DNA from: Mytilus californianus
Taxonomy: Eukaryota
DNA: 64,000 nucleotides
Direction of reading: 5' to 3'
Assembly: GCF_021869535.1 (NCBI RefSeq)
Contig: NW_026262723.1
Coordinates: 97,092,001 to 97,156,000, forward strand
The stretch's first letter is position 1. Each line of letters starts with the position of its first letter. Under the pieces are notes generated by a model that had not been told where the DNA came from, searched no databases, and was given only the letters and a program-made list of their open reading frames with translations. This document shows, one piece after another, positions 52,701 through 61,700 of the stretch. The translations under genes were made by a program, and so were the position numbers.

Positions 52701-55700
52701 GAGACATTGTTTTAGAATGTAATTTTTCTATTGTTTTTCATTTTGAGGACTAAATGCAATTATGTGTTGTTTCAAACATCAGCATGAAGTAGATATATTA
52801 GTCAATTTTTCTTTCTTTCTGCAATTTTTCATATCTCCATGAAAGAATATTTCATAGTTATTTCTAAGCTTTAAATGTGTTACCATGACACTTTTTGTTT
52901 TATTGTTTACAGTTTTTATGACTTAGGGTATGTATAAGATGACTGGCATAATAGCGGCATGATTTGACACATAGATGTACTTTGCTTCAGTGCACTGGAA
53001 AAGGAGCCTGCAGCATCTAAACATAGGGAAATGATTTCATTTTATCAAAGATATAGATAAAAAAAAGGCTTCAAATCATCAATAATTGTAAAACGCCTGC
53101 CAACATATTATTGTATACCATTGTCTTCAGTCCATCTAAATAAATGTCTCAAGTTTAATATAGAGTTTGCTCAGAGCTGTTATTCTAAAGTGTTTTTACA
53201 TCAATGGTCAAAATAAAGGGAGCTGGTGTATAATGTTTTCTTGGTACAGCTGTTCATAAGTTGGATAGTGATTGTAAGGAATTTATGAATCGGGTACTGT
53301 TAATTCAGAAATTATTGCATTCATTTATTATTCTGATTTTTGAAGAATGGACAAAAATGTGAGGTAAATTATTGCGATTTCTGAACCTTTCAAAAGTTTT
53401 ATATAGTCAAGCTCATACTGATTTTTATTTACTTTTGCCATTTGTCATGGAACTTTTTCTTAAAAAGATAACTCAGGTTTGTTTTTGCCCATTGAACATT
53501 AAAAATGTAGATGTATGATTACTTTGGGAAAGGCACATCACAATCTCATGGTGCAGCTGTTTATTATTATATATTTGGAATGTGCAAATAGTATAAATAT
53601 TTAGTATGAATTTAGATTGGCCTCTGTTATAAGAAGCATAACTATGTTAGCAGAAAACATGGGATTGATTATAGCATATGCAGACCTATATATATTTATG
53701 ATAACATAGTTTTAGACTGGAGCTTTAGAAGAAGATTTTCTATAGATTTATTATAGATTAAAAAAAGCATGAGCATCCACATAAATATATCTCATTGATA
53801 ACCATGATCAGATTTCTTTCAGTATAAATATCTTTAAACTTGTTCAGAAAATCAAAGACATTTTTATGGACATGAATGAACAAACTGCAGCATGTATAAC
53901 CTTTTATTTTTAAGAAGGACAAAATTTGTCTTATGCTTTAAGCATTATATTTTGAAAATTTGTAAAGAGGTAAAACTATTCCACAGCATTGAAAAAATAT
54001 TATTAAAGATGTATTGTCTACCATTTCAATTAACAATCTAGATAAATTGATCTATGATTACCTCTATATTTAGGCCTACTAGCCCAAGTAAACAACATTT
54101 ACCTCCCTTGGAGAAGGAACCTGTAGATACTTCAAATGATCAGAGTGTAGCTCCAGGAGAAGAACCAAGGAAGTTTGATTCCACCGGCATGTTCCACTGG
54201 TGTCCTTCACGTCCTTTGGAATCGGCTGTTATGGTAAGTTGGATTCTGCCGGCATGTTCCACTAGTGTCTTTCACATCCTTTGGTATCTGCTGTAATGGT
54301 CAGTTGGATTCCACTGGTGACTTTCACATCCTTTGGAATCTGCTGTAATGGTCAGTTGGATTCTACTTGATGCCCATCACATTCATTGGAATGAGCTTTT
54401 ATTGTGAATTTGATTGCATTAAAATCCATCACATTCATTGGAATCATCTGTAATAGAAACTTTGATTCTAATGGTGTTCATCTTGTCCATAGACATTATC
54501 ACTATTTGAGAATCTGAGACACTTGACCTTGAAGTCTGTGATACTTGAACTATTGATGTCATACAACAATCACTTTTTCTTTGTGGCCTCAGCCATTTTC
54601 TATTATGATATCAAAATTTTACGGGAACCTTGGTGATGTCCAGTATTGGCAGACAAATAGCGAAAAGGTGTATCGGTTAGTTTGATTCTACTTGTGTCTA
54701 TCATGTCCATTGGAATTTTGATTCTTTTCACAGCTGGTATACTGTTTTTGTCTTGCTTAAATGAAAGTCGCGGAAGGCGAAACATAAGTATTGCTTGGTG
54801 TCAAGTTTTCTGCTTAAGTTAGTTTGATAAGAACTACTTGTGATAGATCAATGATATTTTCTATAAAGTTGCATTTCTATCTATATATATTAGTTTGATG
54901 ACAATTTCAAGGCCCTCCCCCGTAGGTCATTGTCTAGCAACTTTCAATTAATAAACAATTTTCAATTTAAAGTTTTCTGCTTAAGTTAGTTTAATTGGAA
55001 CTACTTGTGATAGATTAATGATATTTTCTATAAAGTTGCATTACTATCAGTACATATCAGTTTGACAACATTGACTCCCTGCCCCCATAGGTCATGGTCC
55101 AGTGACTTTCATTAATTACCAATTTTCAATGTTAAGTTTTCTGCTTAAGGTAGTTTGATAGGAACTACTTACAATAGACAACAATATTTTCTATAAAGTT
55201 ACATTACTGTCTGTACATATAAGTTTGTTCACCATTTCGAGGCGCTGCCCACTAGTTCATGGTCCAGCGACTATGAATTAATCTGAAGTGTTGCTGTCCA
55301 TCAGATTGTCTTTTTCTGAATTTTATGCCAACAGGCGAGACATATCTTTGTGTCAATAGTTTATTCTGGTTAAGAGTCTTATGTATATGTATAATAATTA
55401 TGTTATAGTTCATAACAGAGCATCCATAGTTATCTTTTACAAATTATTGTTTAATGATTTATTGATTTTTTTTCAGGACCGTGACAAAGCTTCAATGACA
55501 GTTCTATGTAACCATGTTGTAGTTTGTTTATTTGCTGATGACAGATCTCCACTTATTGGTTTACGTAATCTTGTGATGCCTCTCAGAGCAAGCAATTTCC
55601 ATTACAAAGAGCTGAAAAATGTTGTGATAGTTGGAAATCAGGAATATTTAAAAAGAGAATGGAAAACACTTCAAAACTTTCCAAAATTATCTATTTTACC

Positions 55701-58700
55701 TGTAAGTTTTTCTTGTCCTTTGGTTATTGTATTGTTATTCATTATTGCATACTAATAACTATGTTATTCCTTGTAGTAATGCAATTCATAATATTAAAAA
55801 TTTAAATCTTTAAAATTTCTAGAAAACTTTGTAGAATGAGATTCACAGAATTAAAGTCAGTGTTATGTATGATAAGTGATAATTTTTTCCATTAAAGTTT
55901 ATAAGTGCATTCAAAATTGCAGAATGCATTTCATTTAAGCAAAAATAAATACACAAGTGTAATAGTCTGTGCCAAACTGTTTGAGGGTTTGTCTGACCGA
56001 AAAAAAAATTGGACCTTTTCTACTATATTTTTAAGTAAAAAATCTGTAAATTTCTGTCTGACCAAAAGATTTTTTGTCTGACATTTTGTCCGTCAGACAG
56101 AGTTTGGGATACACTAGTGTAAAAAATATTAAAGGAAAAGAATGTATAAAGAGTTTTATACCTAAATTGCTTTTTGCCTTGCTTATTTAATTTTTGTCAA
56201 AATAATTTTAGGGCCTTTCCCAAAAAAATAAATGATCTGAAATGAGTGTATTAGTTTTAAAGGTCTGATAACAATACTTTTTGGTTTAATCTTAATCTTT
56301 TGTATTCCAGGGTTCTCCATTGAATCGTGCCAATCTGCGGGCAGTGAATGTTAACCTCTGTGATATGTGTGTTATCATATCTGCTAAGGACAAGAATTTA
56401 GATGATCCACATTTAGTGGATAAGGAAGCCATTTTATGTTCATTAAACATTAAAGCAATGACATTTGATGATAGTATCGGTTTATTACAAGCTTCTGCAC
56501 AAGGAGTAGGAGCCGGAGGTATGTTAAATAAAAAATATTAGTCAAGAAATAGGACACCAAGTTTGCTTATTGTAAAAATTTATTTCAACCTTTTAGAGAT
56601 AGAAAACTATTGATTCACTACCAGTAAAATTCACTGTACTGTGGATATATTTTTGTGGAAACCAATATTTGTGGATTGAGGAAAACTTGTAGTTTCTTGG
56701 AATTTTTATTTTGTGGTTTTGCCAAAATCCGCATACAAATCTATATTAAATTTGTACTTCGTTGAACATTTAGATTTGTATAGTTAACCTGTACCCTCCA
56801 AATCCATGAAATTTGGTATCCCACGAATGATAATGAATCCGAAGTATACCCATCTTAGTGGATTTCACGGTATGGGGGAAAACCACATATTAACTACATG
56901 AAAATATACAATATTTCAGTCACTTTGATAGTACATTGTAGCTAAACATGAAACAATAAATTATAGGAACCCTCTAAATAGCAAAATTTTCTCTGACCAT
57001 GGACGGTCACATCAACAACAATTAATAAATCTGATATAAATTAATTGCAATCTTTTGTTCTGAGATATTCAAGATAGTGAAAGACTTGCAACATAAAACT
57101 CAGTCATGATCAGAAAAGTAGGTGAGACATTTCCGTGCCTGCACTATTGTTTTTATATTTAAGGATATATACAACTATTTTTTGCAGTGTAGCTTATCTA
57201 TGTTTATTATTTTGCAGGTTTCCTTCCACCTGGGTTTTCACCTATAGGCAGTCCAGCAAAACAGTCAAGGAGGGGTTCAGTGTGTGGTTCAAATGTTCCT
57301 TTAATTACTGAATTAGGTAAGTAGTTTTTGGTACAATATTTCTTGGAAGGCACATTGTTTTTTTTTAATTGGCTGGGGCTGAGAGAAACAGTTAAAATCG
57401 TCCCAATAAACAAAATAACGTGACGGTACCCAAATTGCACCTATTTTGGCAGTTTCACCTACATTTATTTATGATCAAGACAAAAGTTTCCATTCTGTGT
57501 TTATTTTGTAGATGTATCCTTTTTTTCTATATATTCACACCAATTTAATTTTGAATCCATATTGAATCGTAGAAAATGGGTTTGAACCGACCTCCAAACC
57601 ATCCAAAAAAATTGATTCTGTAATGAGGAGTACCTAAATTGCATCCATGCTTAAATTCACATCCTTAAAAATCGAATAACAGATTCATTTTTTAAGAAAT
57701 GGATGCTTGTAACATATTGTATTTGCTCATTTTTAAAAGATGACTCTTTGTGGACATTGCCATGCGATGTTTCCGTAGATTTTAATTTTTCCAATGAATA
57801 TTCATCTGTTGATATATACTGTGAACGTTTTGTGTATATTTAAATATATTTACCTATGTTGAAAGACTTGTATAATGTCAAATCATAAAAATACAAATTG
57901 TTTATAGTCTCAAAGAAAACTTGTACTATTTCAGCTGCTATTTTTGTTGAATAGGTGCAATTTGGGTACTGTGACGTTACCTGTTGTCTAATAAACTGTA
58001 TTTTTGTTACACAATTTCCTTGTTACAGATATCTGGCTTTTTCACCTTATATATTAATTTTAGTTATTGCAATGGTAAATTCTGCATTGTAAAAGTTTAT
58101 GGACTATTTAATGTTATTCATATTTTTGTTACCTAAACTTTCAGTTAGTTCAACATTTATTTTCATAAAAAAAATATGCATTTTTTTTTTCAGCGAATGA
58201 TTCCAATGTACAGTTTTTAGATCAGGATGATGAAGATGACCCTGACACACCTCTTTACATGACACAACCATTTGCATGTGGTACTGCATTTGCTGTTAGT
58301 GTACTGGATTCATTGATGAGTACTGTAAGTAGGGGAGATAACTCTCTCAGAAAAGACACACTTATAGTTTTAAATTGAAACCAGTTTACAGAATCTGTAT
58401 TTTCCATTTAAAAAGAAGTATGTTCTTTCAAATATTCTGATAATTGTGAACTTTGAACAATATGTATATATGCTTTGATTACATAAATTTGGTAAAATCT
58501 GTCTAGTTTGTACAATAAACATGTAGATATTCTTTTTTCCAACTCCTTTTGATCTTTAGTAGATGATTGATTGATTGATTATTGTTTGCTTAACATCTAG
58601 TGGCAATATTTCATGCAAATTTAGGACAAGAACAAATTTACAAAAATCCAGAAGTTATATTCTGTGAAGTGGGTCAGCAAGGATGTAGGTGGGAACTTTA

Positions 58701-61700
58701 GGTTGCCACTGAAGAAAAAAAGGTATATTATACAGTTGACCATTTTGAGAAAGATGCAGGAGGGTTGGCCTTAATACAGGCTATCTACGGACCCCTCAAG
58801 GAGCTGTTGCAAGAATTTTTTAACATGGAAAATGTCAATCAAAAACTTTAAAATATTACGAAGAAGGAGGTGTACTAGTCTTAATTTCCTCATTAATAAT
58901 GATAAGTGTATAGGAAAAGGAATTGTTTGGTAAAGATCAATGAGATAACAACCCAACAACACAAGCCGTTATAGTTATTAATGTCTCATTTACCTTGTTC
59001 TCAAATGCAGGCTCGGGGGGTATAATAATATTATCCATATATATGTGTAAATCTATATAAATGTACCACTTTACATCGTTTATACATTTTTATATATTTA
59101 CAGAGTTATTTTAATGACAATGCTTTAACATTAATACGAACACTGGTGACAGGAGGAGCTACACCTGAGTTAGAACAGATTCTTGCTGAGGGGGCTGGAA
59201 TGAGAGGGGGATACTGTACTCCTAGTGTGTTAGCCAATAGGGATCGATGCAGAGTTGCTCAGCTATCACTTTTTGAAGGACCACTCTCAGGGTTTGGGGT
59301 AAAATTAACATGTATAAAGACTTTGATATACATTCTTCAGCTCTCATTGAGTGTATATGATAAATAGTGAGGTTATTTTATACAACATGCCATTTTAAAT
59401 CTGCTTTTGTTGGGTTTGGGGGTTTTGGGAGATTCACAAAAATACCATTCTAGAGAAGTTGAAATTTCTTGAGCTGCTAGTTGAAGGGAAATTTCTTACT
59501 CAAGACTGGGTTTTTTTTATCAAATATTCCTCATGAACTGTGTCAGAACATGCTATATTTGTTTAATTACACAGAATATCAATAGAAATGATGAAGTTAA
59601 ACATTTGATTTAATTTCATTACTCTTTGGTTAGCAAAAACAGCAGCATTTCATAAAATCCATTTAAGATCAAATAACTTAGCACAGAAGTTAGCTTATGA
59701 AAACTTTATTTTTCAATAGTTAAATTGAAGTTATGAAAATTAACAAATGATATTCAATCGTAAGGTAAATTGACACAAACCATGCTTTGATGAAGATTTA
59801 ATATGTAGATGGCAGATCTTTTTTTCTTGTCAATCTTGTTTATCATTGTTGTATCATTTCCCTAAAAAAGTAGATCTGCTTTTAACATTGAAAATAACTA
59901 ATATAAACAATACTTCAAGCTTATGAATGTAACATTAAAGTTTCATTTTACATTTGTAACTTGTAAAACAGTACTAGTACTATATTGTATACATAGAATT
60001 TTCATATTTTAGATAAATTATAGAATTAATATTATCTATAAAAAAACATGTGTTGCAGGAAGAGGGAAGTTATGGAGACTTGTTCCTTTATGCACTAAAG
60101 AAGTTAGGAATACTTTGTATTGGTTTGTACAGATTCCGCGACACAAATGAAGTACAGACAAGTCCATCATCAAAACGATATGTCATAACAAATCCAAATG
60201 CTTCTTTTAAACTTTACTCAACAGACCAGGTTTGTCAAAGCACATTTATTGTGATGCTATACAGTAGAATCTGTCTTGATGGTTACCTTCCGCCATTTAA
60301 AATGTCACAGTTTCCCGAAGTATTTGGTTCAGTCTACTATTATTAAGTAATAGCAGTTGTAGTTCAGGAAAGGTTTTACTGGTATAGCCTTCTAATTTAT
60401 TTCTTTTTCTTGTAAACTGCATAAAAAACTTTGCATGATTTCATATTTGTTATTATAAACTGTTGTACATTTTGAATTTTTTTCTTTTATGTAAATGGTA
60501 ATTTGAATCAAAACAATGAAGACTTCAAAAACACAGACACAGCAAAGAGGGAGTCATATTTATATTGTATTAAATATGAACGTTTTTTCACAACATCCTT
60601 TAAATTAGTCCAACAAATATTTTTTTTTAATTCAGAATCATTCTTTAACATCATTGAAGCATCTATTATGCATTATGGTAATATTTTCAAATGGGTACAC
60701 TTAAACATTTTGATTGATTTAAAAAAACCATCCTAAACAATGGAAAGTTCACCATTGGCTTGACATTATTTTTATTTTGGGATACAAACAATGAAATTAC
60801 CCATAGTGCATTAGATTCTGAAATGGTGAATTGTTGAATGACTGACATACTCCAGACTTGGCACAGGCACATTAGTAATGAAATGAACCAGGTTTAAGGA
60901 ATGTCAAAAGTCCCACTTTTATCATAGTCCTTTCCAGTAAAAAGTTATCACCCAATTTATCTACCAGATATGCATCACGTAAAACTCAAAAGACAAATCT
61001 TGAACTTTAATCTAAGACACTGCTGTAAAATTGAATGTAGGAGTCCATCAAAAGATACATGATTCCCAGGGAAGGCACATTGAAAATGAAGTAACCATCT
61101 ATAGAAGCAATTTTAGAATTTCTCTTACCAAAAACTCCGAGCCCCAGATAAGTTTTTTTCAAAGTGCCTTTCCTGGGTTTCATGTATGTTTTTATGGAGC
61201 AGCCCTAAGGGACAAAGACTTAAGTTTTTATATTTACAGAAACAAGGAACTAAATCTATGTCCAAGTACATTATTGTAAGGACAGTTGTTACTAAGTTTC
61301 TAAGTTAATGGTTAAAACTGGCAAATTAATGGAGATCTTTTAAAAAATACTGTAATGGTCCTCCCTTAAAGAAACATGGCAATTATGAGATTTGAAAACT
61401 GGAAATTGTTTAACTTGATAAGTAGATGGCTGTAGAATAGAATTTTTTTTATAAAAATGTCATGAAATGATGTTGAAATAGCTAATTTGGGAAACTGCCT
61501 TTTTTTTTACAAGAATTGGCTGTTATAAAATACCCGGTACCTTTAAAACTACTATTTTTGATTATATGCTAACACATTTCATGGCATTGTTTTTAACTAA
61601 ATACATGTATCTTGCACCATTTTTCTTGATGTATGTTATATGCTTTTCTTATTCTATGCAGGTTTTCTGCCTAGTTCCATGCAATTTTTCACAAAGTTCA

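Noticed and set aside
1644-61279. most other 60-110 aa ORFs in the track, including minus-strand ORFs over exons
   Set aside because: Low-complexity AT-rich or antisense shadows of slo exons, with no recognisable motifs.
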